Of a stretch of DNA of 64,000 nucleotides, positions 1 to 12,883 are shown one piece after another; the first letter of the stretch is position 1, and each line of letters starts with the position of its first letter. A program made the translations under genes and the position numbers. Source of the stretch: Octopus sinensis (lineage: Eukaryota); assembly GCF_006345805.1 (NCBI RefSeq), contig NC_043001.1:19282001-19346000 (forward strand), in the 5' to 3' direction. The notes below the pieces were generated by a model. The model was not told the origin of the DNA. It saw only the letters and a program-made list of their open reading frames with translations, and did not search any database.

Positions 1-507
1 TCTTCAGCGTAGAATACTATAATCATAAATGATTATATATTGAATTTGAGATACTAGGAGGCACCAACTCAACTCAGTATCAGAGCGAGCTAGAATCCGC
101 AACTAGTATCACCGAATTCAAATTTGTGAATGAAACGATTGTGTCAACAGCCCTTCCCACCCGCGTGTAGCCAAAACAAGATGCTGTGGTCATCTACTGA
201 GATAAAATATGGTTATCCGTAATAATGAAGGGTGAAATTAATTAATTTGGAATAATTATCAATTACACCAAGTAGTCTTCGGCATGTAAAAGCCTCATTC
301 GAGGAAAATTTAAGTAATACTAAGCAATAAGGGTTTAGCAACGAATTGCCTTACCACATACCGAATTTAGAAATAGCAGTCAAAGGGTTATAGCTATTTC
401 TTCTACTAAAAAGGGAGATCTCAGTAAAAACAGCAATTGGAAGGCTGACACAAACAGGTAAGAGAGAATGAATTAACTGCAATCTATCAAACATTTTTAA
501 AAGTTAT

Positions 508-612
508 CTACGGACGTACGTTTCGAAATCAAGTTTTTAGGAAAGCATAAGAATCAAATATTAAATATTAAATAATTCTATCTTACCGAAACTTCTTTTC
601 TCTTCAGCGTAG
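508..612 (-). ncRNA. Type I hammerhead ribozyme motif (copy 1)
   Basis: Minus strand reads CTACG-CTGAAGA-G[aaaagaagttt...aaacttgattt]C-GAAA-CGTACG-TC-CGTAG: stem I CTACG/CGTAG, intact core, palindromic stem III ACGTACGT, GUC cleavage triplet. Confidence 0.8.
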
Positions 613-1108
613 AATACTATAATCATAAATGATTATATATTGAATTTTGAGATACTAGGAGGCACCAACTCAACTCAGTATCAGAGCGAGCTAGAATCCG
701 CAACTAGTATCACCGAATTCAAATTTGTGAATGAAACGATTGTGTCAACAGCCCCTTCCCACCCGCGTGTAGCCAAAACAAGATGCTGTGGTCATCTACT
801 GAGATAAAATATGGTTATCCGTAATAATGAAGGGTGAAATTAATTAATTTGGAATAATTATCAATTACACCAAGTAGTCTTCGGCATGTAAAAGCCTCAT
901 TCGAGGAAAATTTAAGTAATACTAAGCAATAAGGGTTTAGCAACGAATTGCCTTACCACATACCGAATTAGAAATAGCAGTCAAAGGGTTATAGCTATTT
1001 CTTCTACTAAAAAGGGAGATCTCAGTAAAAACAGCAATTGGAAGGCTGACACAAACAGGTAAGAGAGAATGAATTAACTGCAATCTATCAAACATTTTTA
1101 AAAGTTAT

Positions 1109-1213
1109 CTACGGACGTACGTTTCGAAATCAAGTTTTTAGGAAAGCATAAGAATCAAATATTAAATATTAAATAATTCTATCTTACCGAAACTTCTTTT
1201 CTCTTCAGCGTAG
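1109..1213 (-). ncRNA. Type I hammerhead ribozyme motif (copy 2)
   Basis: Same motif as 508-612 in the next 600-bp unit. Confidence 0.8.
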
Positions 1214-1599
1214 AATACTATAATCATAAATGATTATATATTGAATTTTGAGATACTAGGAGGCACCAACTCAACTCAGTATCAGAGCGAGCTAGAATCC
1301 GCAACTAGTATCACCGAATTCAAATTTGTGAATGAAAACGATTGTGTCAACAGCCCCTTCCCACCCGCGTGTAGCCAAAACAAGATGCTGTGGTCATCTA
1401 CTGAGATAAAATATGGTTATCCGTAATAATGAAGGGTGAAATTAATTAATTTGAATAATTATCATTACACCAAGTAGTCTTCGGCATGTAAAAGCCTCAT
1501 TCGAGGAAAATTTAAGTAATACTAAGCAATAAGGGTTTAGCAACGAATTGCCTTACCACATACCGAATTTAGAAATAGCAGTCAAAGGGTTATACCTAC

Positions 1600-2025
1600 A
1601 ACTTATAAACAAGGGCAAAAGAAAAAAGTTCTAATGCCAAATATGCCGAAAATAGACAAATTGTCAATAACCATATAAGTTAACAATATAAACTCGCATC
1701 TCGAAGTAAGCCGACAGAAATTTCTAAAAAAATCCGTTATTATCGTATCGGTCCCAATTTCAGAGTTAATTCATAAGAATTTTCTCCTTGTCAGCGATAA
1801 ATACGTAAGACATAAATGAAATACTTACTCATACCCATGGAAGAAGCAAGCGCTAAGTCATGAGCAGACCTAAGTACCTCAAATATATCCAAAATAGAAA
1901 ATCTCTGTCGGCTTACTTCGAGACGCGTGTTTATATTGTTAAATTATATGGTTATTGACACAATATGTCTATTTTCGGCATATTTGGCGTTAGAAGTTTT
2001 TTTCTTTTGCCATTATTTATAAGTT
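1600..2025. mobile_element. MITE-like element with ~130-bp imperfect terminal inverted repeats
   Basis: aacttataaacaagggcaaaagaaaaaagttctaatgccaaatatgccgaaaatagac...gtaagccgacaga (1600-~1725) is the reverse complement of ~1895-2025. No TSD identified. Confidence 0.75.
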
Positions 2026-2106
2026 TAACTTTTAAAGGTATTTGTTAATATGCTGGTCATTGATAAAAAATGTTTCGAAAACTTTTATCCTATATTATAT
2101 ATATAT

Positions 2107-2188
<82 letters not shown>

Positions 2189-2268
2189 ATATATATATAT
2201 ATATATGTATATGTGTATATATTATGTATATGTATATGTATATATATATATATGTATATGTGTATATA

Positions 2269-2577
2269 TCTATATATATAAAACTGAGAATGTGTGTCTG
2301 TCTGTCTATCTGTATGAATCCCTAAAACTTGAGAACTACACAACCAATTTCATTCAAATTTTACACATGCCTTACTTAGGGTCCATGCCTTCTTGTCTAG
2401 GGCGAGCCCACAGCAATATCATATCCTCTCCACTATTTCAGTATTACGCGTTAAAAGTGAAACAAAAACATCTCTCTAGTGTAATGTCAGATACTTTCAC
2501 TTTAATACTGAAACTATTAAAGTCAAATTATTATATAAGAGGGATAAACCATTAACAGTGGACATCTATTTTGCTAG
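2269..2577 (+). mobile_element. Non-autonomous Helitron-like element (degenerate)
   Basis: Starts TC+TATATATATAAAA and ends ccattaacagtgg (weak hairpin)...CTAG. The base after CTAG is A rather than the usual T. Confidence 0.55.
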
Positions 2578-2816
2578 AAGAAGATCCGCTGTGGTCTTAA
2601 ATGCTACACCACTGGTTTTCAAATCATATTAATCAAATTAATATTCAATTTCTTTCCCTTATTATTTTAAATTTAAATTTAAACCCAGTACCATGTGTTT
2701 TGGAACGAAGTTTGTTACCACACAGCTACACCTGCACCTATGTATGTGTGTATAGCTGTATATGTATACATTTATTTCTATACATATAGATGTATATGTA
2801 TACATGTATATGTATA

Positions 2817-2874
<58 letters not shown>

Positions 2875-2967
2875 TGTACACGTAATATGTACACATATAT
2901 ATTCACATATATACATGCATACATATATACACCCATACACACATACACACACACACACACATACATA

Positions 2968-3360
2968 GGTGCAGGTGTGGCTGTGTGGCAACAAACTTCA
3001 TTCCATAACACATGGTCCTGGGTTCAGTCCCACTGTGTGGTGACTTGGCATGTGTCTTCTGCTATAGCCTCAGACCAACCAAATGTTTGTCAGTGGATTT
3101 TGTAGACAGAAACTGACAGAAATCAATCGTATATATATGTATGTATATATATAAGTCTGTATGTGTCTTTGTGCTTGTCCCTCATCACTGCCTCACAACA
3201 GGTGTACGTTTACTTACATCCCCATAACTTACTGGTTTCACGAGAAGAAACTGATAGAATAAGTACCAGGCTTATCAAAATAAAAAAAATCACTAGGCAG
3301 TATCTCATATTTTTGTTTGCCCACACAATTTATCTTTGTGTGTCTGTATACATACACACA

Positions 3361-3423
<63 letters not shown>

Positions 3424-3660
3424 GGATTTCGTAGACAGAAACTTAAAGAAATCAATCGTATATATATATGTATGTATATATCTAATTGTATGTGTGTGAC
3501 TTTGTTTCTGTGTTTCACCCTCAACACTGCTTCATAACTATTGTTCGTTTATTTACATCCCCATAACTTACTGGATTCACAAGAAGAAACTAATAGAATA
3601 AGTACCAGGCTTATCAACAAAAAAAAAGCACTACGCTGTGTCTCATATTTGTGTTTGCCC
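2968..3660 (+). mobile_element. Degenerate family-A SINE with an old tandem duplication of its 3' part
   Basis: tRNA-like head ggtgcaggtgtggctgtgtgg. Segments ~3105-3340 and ~3432-3690 are diverged direct copies (acagaaact...tagaataagtaccaggcttatcaa). Confidence 0.7.
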
Positions 3661-5236
3661 ACTCAGTTGTATCTATCGATTTATCTTTGTGTGTGTGTGT
3701 ATATATATATATATATAATACACACACATATATATATACATGTATGTATATGTGTACATTCATATTTATTATATCAAAGACAATGTCTTTATGTGTTCGT
3801 GTATTACTTATACATTCGAAAACTGCTGCACTGATCATAATGAAATTTGGAACACAAAATCGAAGGCTATGGAGAAGGGTAATACTGTGCGTTTCATACA
3901 ATTTCATGGACCAAAATTACTGAATGGATCCTTATGATATTTGAAACTCAGATTCAATGCATAAGGGCGGGTATAATGCAATATGTTTGGTTTGAATTTC
4001 AGATGGCTTAAAGGGGGCAGACACACCATGAAAATTCATAAATTTTCGATGTTGATGAAATTTCAACCATGGGTAATTGACACACATCAAGAAGTATTCT
4101 CAAAGTTTCCACTTCACATGAGGATTCTAAGACACCCTAATGGGGGGCCTTACCTCCCAAATTTTAGTAAATTCTTTCATGATCCAAAACTAAGTCAAAA
4201 GTACTGAATGGATCTTTACGAAATTTGGAAATTATATTCTATGCATATAAGGGCCACAACCTCCATGACAATTCATATATTTTTGCTGTTGATGAAATTG
4301 TAACCATAGATATTACATACAAATGAAGTAATATTTATAAAATTTCAACTTCTTACATGTTAGAAAGACCCCTTCATGGGAACTTAACACCCACAATTTT
4401 ATCATTTTATCTAAGCAAAGACGAATAGTTGTACTCTTGGAAGCTGTGGGGTCATCCGAGCATAGAAGATGAGCATTATTTCTAATTCAATGGTACAACA
4501 GTGTAAGAGTTTGCTTTGACATACACTTAGATTGTTATTTCTGCAATGTGGTGCATAAATTGTCAAGTAAATGAGAGACATCTTTGCCTCCACTGATTCA
4601 GTTGCAAAGGGTTGAGTAAAGTTATTTGATTGCAGATCTCCTTTCACTATTTTTATTATCACTGGGTCACACATAGTCTCCACATAGTAAAATTGATTTC
4701 AAGGCCTTCCCAGATGAATGACTAGTTATTCAAAGACATTTATAGATTGTATATTTATTCTGTCCAGTTACGTATCAGTATAGTGCTCATTTACAAACTC
4801 CAAGTTTCATTTCTCCTTAGCCCTCACGTCACACAGTTGTTAATGTTTATTTCGATTGAGTCACGCCCTTCTAATTTCTATAGATTCGTAATGCATCTTA
4901 CGGCTGTGCCTGTCACCTGCATGGTGAGGAATACTACGTTGGGAGTGGTAACGACTAGGGTACTGTAGCTGACTGCTTATTGTGATCATTGGTCTTTTGG
5001 TTGCCTGTAGCTTTGCTCTCTTTTACAAACCCAGTGAACATATATTTCCTATTTCAAAGAAATTGAAACAATAGATATAGACCCAAGTTAAAAAGATTCT
5101 CAACAATTCAACTTCTCTGGTTGACATTAAGAGGCCCACCCCCATCGCCTCTAGCTAGCTATGTGACACACGAAACTGTGTCCATTATAACCTTCGAACG
5201 GGGGAGGTCAGCAGATTCCCCTTGCTGGTTTGACAT

Positions 5237-5277
5237 CTACAGACTAGTTTCGGGGTAGTTGCCCCTTATCAATGTAG
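5237..5277 (-). ncRNA. Degenerate minimal hammerhead motif
   Basis: Minus strand CTACA-TTGATAA-GGGGcaactaCCCC-GAAA-CTAG-TC-TGTAG. All three stems are intact, but the core has two substitutions relative to CTGATGA. Confidence 0.6.
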
Positions 5278-5639
5278 AGTAGCCGAACCCAGCGTCACTG
5301 CTGACCGTCTGTTCGAAGGATTATTTACCTAAATTCAGTGGAATACATCCACTGGCGATAACTATTAATATCCAGAACTGCTGCCAGAACTATTAATATC
5401 CAGAACTATTAATATCCAGAACTCCTTTAGAGAGATTTAGAAATATTAATTTTTCTATTTTAGTTCCGGTTTTAGCCTTTGCGTCTTTTTCAACTTAAAG
5501 CATGAAAAACAGTTGTTGAAAAACTTTTTTAATATTTCCAGAGTTTTCAAATGCAAGGGACAATTTTCTCTTTTCTGCCTATCTCTATCTCTCCTTTTTC
5601 TTTTTTTTTTATTCATGTGAGTTCTAGGTAGTAGGCAGC

Positions 5640-6200
5640 CGCATACAAGACAAAACATCTCGAGGATTGAATCCACCCCAGAGAGCACTCACTAAACGAA
5701 TTGAAGGCATGGCTACTCTCGATTATTGGGATCGCCTTAAAGCCTTGAAACTCTACTCTCTCCAGCGTCGCCGTGAGCGGTACATCATTTGTACGATGTG
5801 GAGATATACCGCCAACTTTGCCCAAACGACGACCTGAACATTAGCTTCAGGTTAATCAAGACTGGGACCACGGGCCATACGTCCCCTGCCCAATTCAAGA
5901 TCACAGCATACATGTACACTACAACTAATTTCTTTTCCTCAACAGGCCCTGCCCTATTTAACATTGTCCGAAAGAGATCAAAGAAGAAACAGGATCTCAT
6001 CAACTTAAATGGATAGATTCCTTCAAAGAATACAGATAAGCCACCCATAATTGGATACAACTCACCCAACAAAAACTCACTACTTGAATGGACCATAAAC
6101 AAAACTTGACTAAAAAGGATTCAAATCTCTATTCAGGTGGTGCTATTAAGTTAGACATGGCCTAGACCAATGGACAATCTTTGGTCGAAACATATCTAAG
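5640..6200 (+). mobile_element. CR1-clade LINE 3' fragment (frameshifted RT C-terminus plus 3' UTR)
   Basis: Translates across frameshifts as ...RALTKRIEGMATLDYWDRLKALKLYSLQRRRERYIICTMWRY...NFFSSTGPALFNIV..., the CR1-type C-terminal LE..QR/Y.ERL/L.SL.RRR pattern. Ends in a ggtggtgctattaag...ctaagttt tail. Confidence 0.8.
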
Positions 6201-6208
6201 TTTATCTA

Positions 6209-6295
<87 letters not shown>

Positions 6296-6504
6296 GTACA
6301 CATTTCTCTTATGTGCGTACACTTAGGTTGACGAGAGAGGGATGACCTCCCTTTGCAAATACCATAAGGGCACAGAAAGTGTGCCTAAAGCCAGCTGGAG
6401 ACGATGATCTCCTGGGGCTAAAAGCTACAGTAACACCCCCCCTTAGTGGTTAGCCATATTGAGATGGCTAGTATACTTTACATATATATATATTTATATA
6501 TATA

Positions 6505-6893
6505 CTAGCAGTATCGCCCGGCGTTGCTCGGGTTTGTAAGGGAAATAACTATATAAGCATTTTTAGAGATGTAAAGTATAATAGCCATCTCAATATGGCT
6601 AACCACAAAACGGGGTGTTACTGTAGCTTTTTACGTTCTGAGATTTAATAATAAATTTTTAGAGAGTTACTTCCTTATATATGCCAAAAATGCATTAAAA
6701 ATGGAGGAGAAAATTGATGGTAATTTTTTTTAAATCGTAGACGCGCGCTATAACCAGAGAGGGCTCGATATGAATCACGACTATAAGACACCCGGTTTTG
6801 GTTAAACTGCACCGCAAAATGTGGGGAGTAGTTAGGAATCTATCGTAGGATCGAGGAGACAGAGCACACAAACCTCACTTTTATATATAAAGA
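6505..6893 (-). mobile_element. Non-autonomous Helitron
   Basis: Minus strand A|TC...CCCGagcaacgcCGGG hairpin...CTAG|T: canonical Helitron termini at an AT target. Confidence 0.85.
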
Positions 6894-6917
6894 TATATAT
6901 ATATATATCTATATATA

Positions 6918-6969
<52 letters not shown>

Positions 6970-7139
6970 ATTACATATCATATATATATATATATAACAA
7001 TATATCTATATTTCCAGTCCGTTTAGTTTTCGCCTAGGCTCCCGTTTGCTCTGCTTTCGTCTAACTTTGTCTCCTTGTTTTTTCTTTCTGTTCAGCCCTT
7101 GATATATACAGATACACACACAACACATACATACATAAA

Positions 7140-7178
<39 letters not shown>

Positions 7179-7439
7179 CCTCCTTCTTTCCTTCTTTCTG
7201 AGCGTCAATAATTACTATTTGTTCCACGTCCTCGCGTTTTGTGTTTTTTGTGCCTTCTTGTGTTGGATTAACTATATATATAGTATATATATCATACATA
7301 CATATATATATATATTATATATATATATTATATAATATAAATAATATATATATACATATATATATATAATATATATATATATATTTATACATAAATATAT
7401 AGATATATATATATATAATTTTAATCCAAACGGGAAACA

Positions 7440-7720
7440 AAAAAAACAACAACAATGGACAATTACAGTATTATTATTAATAGGCGCTCAGGAAAAGGAA
7501 GCAGGGAGGTATGACGTTTCGAGCGGAGCTCTTCGTCGGAAACATAAAGAAGGAAGAGAGAGAAAGAAAGATCCCAGAGCGGGCAACAGGGAAAGAGAAA
7601 AAAGACGACTGGTGTTTACGAGTTGCACATGTGAAAGGCGGATGTTTACGAAAACAGAGCAAGCAAAGTGGGTTTTTAAAGGCAAAAGAGTGGAGACAAG
7701 GTTGGTAACGCAACAGATGT
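7440..7720 (-). mobile_element. Penelope-like terminal repeat fragment with hammerhead-like motif at 7509-7543
   Basis: Minus strand GTTT-CCGACGA-A-GAGCtccGCTC-GAAA-CG-TC-ATAC. Core has U4->C and one extra A. The Penelope assignment is inferred from the motif. Confidence 0.45.
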
Positions 7721-8094
7721 GTGTGTATGTGTGAGTGTGTGTGCGTGTGCGTGTGTGTATGGTGTGTGTGAGGCGAGAGAAAAAACAAAAAAATATATAT
7801 GTGCGTGTTAGTGTGTGCGTCTGTGTGTAGGGCGTGTGAGGTAGGGCGAGATAGTGGTCAGCTTAGCAGACAAAGGTCAGTAGTAAGAAAAAAGGGAAGG
7901 AGGAAGGGAGGGAGGGGAAGGGGTGGGGCGTATGTAGCGTGCCAGCGTGTTGAGTAGTAGTGTGTGTGTGTGTCCAGTGTCGTGGTGGTATAAATGGCGA
8001 GTAGATTGAATGTGTGTAAGAGTAATGTATATATTTAAGCAATGTGTGTATATGTGTGCGCGTGTGTGTAACGTATATATATATATATATATAT

Positions 8095-8157
<63 letters not shown>

Positions 8158-8571
8158 CACTGTCCTAACATAGTTACGAAAATGCGCCTCAAAATCCTAC
8201 CTGTGACCATAAAGAGGGGTATCAAATTTCTTTACTCGCTGTCAATACTATCCACCTGTGGTAAGAGAGAGTAACAGCTTAAGGCTGATTACTAGAAACA
8301 GGCCACATTGTTCTGTATAAAGCCCACACTGACCACATTCCGTTTTCTTTCTTTTCTTTCCTTTCCTTCTTTTTGTTTGCCAGTTGATTTTTTTCTTTTT
8401 TTTTTTTTTGCCCTGACAAAAAAATGTCTTTGTGTGAGGTCATGCTCTATATTTTCACTCGATCGGTCGATCGATCGATCGATAAAATGAACCATAAACG
8501 CACCCAAATGCATATCTGAAACTGCTGTAAGACTTAGTAAATATATAAATGTATAAATGTATAAATGTATA

Positions 8572-8796
8572 GGCGCAGGAGTGACTGTGGCTGTGTGGTA
8601 AGTAGCTTGCTTACCAACCACATGGTTCTGGGTTCAGTCACACTTCATGGCACCTTCGGCAAGTGTCTTCTACTATAGCCTCGGACCGACCAAAGCCTTT
8701 AGTGATCATCCTCTAAATTTTGTATATATATCAAATCATATACATATATATATACATATATGTACATATACACACATATATACACACCATACATAT

Positions 8797-8829
<33 letters not shown>

Positions 8830-8968
8830 TAGATAGATATGTACATATACACACATATATACACATACCATACATATATATATATATATATATATACATA
8901 TACATACATACATAAATATATGCATATATGTATATATATACATATATAATATATATATAATATATATT

Positions 8969-9015
<47 letters not shown>

Positions 9016-9309
9016 AAAAGAATAAAAGAAATGGATTTGGTAGACGGAAACTGAAAGAAGCCCGTCGTATATATGTATATATATGTGTGTGTGTGTATGT
9101 TTGTGTGTCTATTATTTCCCCTCCCCACGAACATTACTTGGCAACCGATGCTGGTGTGCTTGCGTCCCAGTAACTTAGCGGTTCGGCAAAAGGTACCGAT
9201 AGAATAAGTACTAGGCTTACAAAGAATAAGTCCTGGGGTCGATTTGCTCGACTACAGGCAGTGCTCCAGCATGGCCGCAGTCATATGACTGAAACAAGTA
9301 AAAGAGTAA
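8572..9309 (+). mobile_element. tRNA-derived SINE family A, expanded by internal microsatellites
   Basis: Head ggcgcaggagtg...gttctgggttcagtc, a CORE-like caccttcggcaagtgtctt block, and tail gactgaaacaagtaaaagagt. An (AT)/(AC) tract fills ~8725-9015. Confidence 0.85.
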
Positions 9310-9335
9310 CCCCCCATTGTTTCTGTGTATTGGGC

Positions 9336-9468
9336 GTGTGTGTATGTGTGTGTGTGTGTGCGTGTGTGTGTGTGTGTGTATGTGTGTGCGCGTGTGTGTG
9401 TGTGTGCGTGTGTGTGTGTGTGTGCGCGTGTGTGTGTATGTGTGTGCGTGTGTGTGTGTGTGTGCATG

Positions 9469-9512
<44 letters not shown>

Positions 9513-10149
9513 TGTATGTGTAATATATGGATTCGTAGACTCGTGTGGAAATTGCAAAAGATCCTTTAGCGAACTCGGCTCACAGACGACATAGTAATCC
9601 AGTACAGAGGAATGTGATGCAGAGTTGCATGCAGCTGGAATCCAGGAGATCCGAACGACGAGATTATTTCGTGAGGAGTATATAAACTTTAAAAGTCAGG
9701 AGAGTTATGAGACGTAAATATATTTATGTAACCACTCGTCATTTTTAAGATTACAGCTGTTTCACAGCTTTCTTTATGTGATTATAATAATCCCAGTTTA
9801 CATATCTGATATGCATGCTAAACATTATACGATACAATTCTATGTTTACTAATCAATGTAGATAAAGAAAGGTGGTTCATCAGATCACCAGAACATTTTG
9901 GTTCTACAGTGTTAAAACTTTGGTGCAATCATGATGTTCTGATAATTTGATAATCAACCAACTAACTCGCACATTACAAATGCAATCAATAAGTGGAAGA
10001 GTAAAGATCTGCAAGTCTTTCCTCGAGTTTTAAATGTGACGTTGTTTTTGTTATCTGCATTCCAACGATGGAGCTTTGCATCTTTCACAGAGACCAGCTC
10101 CTTCCTCAAAGGAAGAATTCAAATAATTAAAAACAGAAGAGAGCACACG

Positions 10150-10181
<32 letters not shown>

Positions 10182-10507
10182 CACACACACACTCGCACGC
10201 ACACACATACATACACACACGCACACACACATACACACGCACACACACACACACACACATACAGACACATACACACACACGCGAACACACGCACGCACAC
10301 ACACGCACACACACACATACGGACACATACACACACACACGCGCGAACACACGCATACACATACACACACGCACACACACGCATACAGACACATACACAC
10401 ACACACGCGAACACACGCATACACATACACACACATACAGACACATACACACACACACACATGCACATTTGAATGCCTACAATTTAACATAGTTTTAAGT
10501 TTGTTGT

Positions 10508-10546
<39 letters not shown>

Positions 10547-10648
10547 CGTGTGTGATGATTCTGTATCTGTATAGGTTATTGGTGAGGACGTGCATGTGCG
10601 CGTGTGTGAGCGTGCATGTGTGCTATGAGTGTGTACGTATATATGTGA

Positions 10649-10688
<40 letters not shown>

Positions 10689-10720
10689 CTGTGCGTGTGT
10701 GAGTCTGTGTGTACGTGTGT
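9336..10720. repeat. Cluster of compound (CA/GT)n microsatellites
   Basis: Tracts at ~9336-9515, ~10143-10465 and ~10512-10720. They produce the spurious CV/HT ORFs. Confidence 0.95.
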
Positions 10721-11340
10721 GTGTGTTCTTGTATACAATCTCATTTTACCTTCCCTTTACATTGAAAGGATATTTGAGCATTTAAGTAATGCGAATAGAG
10801 CGAGGAAGAATAGATAGAAAAATGCAAGACACGCGACTCGAGACACGGAGAAATAACTTGAGCATTGTAGGACTTGTTTAGACTATTTTTATTAATATAT
10901 CTAACAGCTATAAATGTAGGTCATCGTATTAGTGTCAACATCTGCTTACCTTAATCATTGAAAAATTTACCTGTGTTATTTATTAACCAACGTGTTTGAA
11001 CGTCAACCAGTTTTCAATCGCTCGCTTTTCGAAATTGTATCAGATTGACATACCATGTTCGGTTTATTTGCACCAGTTTTCCCAGGTAAGAAGACTAATT
11101 TGTCATTTAAGGGATCAAAAATTTATTAGGATCGCATTTGTATTTATTAATATTTTATTAGTATTTTATAATGAATGATAAATCTTTCTTGTTTGTTACC
11201 ACGTCAACTGCGTCGTTGGAATTGACATGTTTTCCCCAAAAAGAAGATGAAATAACAGAGAGAGACAGACAGAGAGAGAACTATAGTTCTTCCAAAAAAA
11301 TTGTTGCTGCATTTTTATGATTTTATTTCTCGCATTCCTA

Positions 11341-11850
11341 CTGTAAATCCTCGTGTATAATCCGCACTTTTTTCCCAAAATTTAAAGGTCAAAATCCCTA
11401 GTGCGTACTATATACGAGGTTAAAAATGAAAATTATTTTCTAAGCAATGTCCGAGTCTCTATTTGCTGTCCGGCAATGTTTATTCAGACACATTTTGTGA
11501 TGTGGGGCGCGAAAATACCTTAAGCTAAGCCTGAAAGCAATGAAGTCATAAAAGAGATCCATAACTTGCAGTAAGCAACATTTATTAAACGTTATTACTG
11601 TTATTTCTTTATTTTTCTGCAAACAAAATGCACAAAAAAGCTACACGTTTGCATTATGTTATATATACAATAATAATAAAGACGTTACCGTATACAGTTT
11701 TACAAACCAAGGACGTTATATAGACCTCCTTGACTCAAGTTAGAGAAGGGGTGCGTATTATACACAAGGTTTAGGTTTTTCAGAGGTAAAGCCCCCTAAA
11801 AATTCCCTGCGTATTATACTCAAGGGCGGACTATACTCGAGGATTTACGG
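11341..11850. mobile_element. Tc1/mariner-superfamily (pogo/Tc2-like) MITE
   Basis: TA|ctgtaaatcctcgtgtataatccgc ... gcggactatactcgaggatttacgg|TA: ~25-bp TIRs with a TA target-site duplication. Confidence 0.85.
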
Positions 11851-12883
11851 TATTCCTTAAGTTTGTTATTAAACTCGTAATGGCTTGAACAATCGAATTT
11901 AATGGAACCTGTATGATTTAATCGTGTAAGTTATATATTTTTTCAGAAGAAATGTTTATCAGCTGAACTATCTTTTCCTATTGTTTTAATTTCTTATATC
12001 TACACAAAGCCTAGAATCTATAGAAGCGAGAATATTGGACGTAGTAAGATTCGGGTGATTGTGAAAGGCTTTCATTGCAGAAATTAAATTAAACAGTTTC
12101 ATCTGGGTTTCAAAATAGGGTTTAAAAACTTAACTCAACAATAGATCGATTTCTACTCGCGAATCATTTGCAGAACTTCTAATATTGGTTTGGAACTTAG
12201 GCAAAAGACCATAAATTTCGGGGGAGGATTCAGTCGATAAGATCGATAATACTTCTTATTTTATTGAGCTCGAAATGATAAGAGGCTAAGTTTAACCCTA
12301 GCGGGATTCGATCTCTGGGCGTGAACGGATGCAACTTTGGTTTCTTAAATAGATACATAAAAGATGGAATATAATCGACTGAATTCTTTCTAGTTATCAT
12401 CAGCGTTTGTTGTAATAATTTCATTGAAACGATCGTTAAAGAGAACCTCGGTTTAATTAGGGTCCATAATCAGGAAAGACTCGACTGAACGAGGTCAATT
12501 GGGAGCTCTCCTCTTAATTCTTTCCATATATTGTTATGACCTTGGTCAGGAGCTCTGAACCATTTCCGATTCATCTATCTCCAGCTAATATTTTTCAAAG
12601 AGGCTGCAAACTGGCAAAATCGTTTGCACGTCGGACTAAATGCTTAACAGTATTTCTTCTAGTCCTTTATGTTCTGAGTTCAAATCTGAAGTCAGCTTTG
12701 TTTTTTCATCGAGATCGATAAAATAAAATACCAGTTAAGTACTTCAGTTTATGTAATCAGCTTTCAAACCCCGACTCTCTCCAAAATTACTATCCTCAAA
12801 CCTTGCAACAGAGCGGTGTCCCGTTCGCAAAATGCTTCCCCCCCCCCCCACGAGAGTCCCGGATCCCAGTAATGAACTCATTT

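Larger units (their letters stand above)
1..1593 (-). repeat. Tandem repeat, ~600-bp unit, ~2.6 copies visible, running off the window's left edge; Penelope pLTR-like or retrozyme-like
   Basis: tcttcagcgtagaatactat recurs at 1, 601 and 1202. Copies differ only by a few single-base indels. The third copy stops near 1593. Each junction carries a hammerhead motif on the minus strand. Confidence 0.95.
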
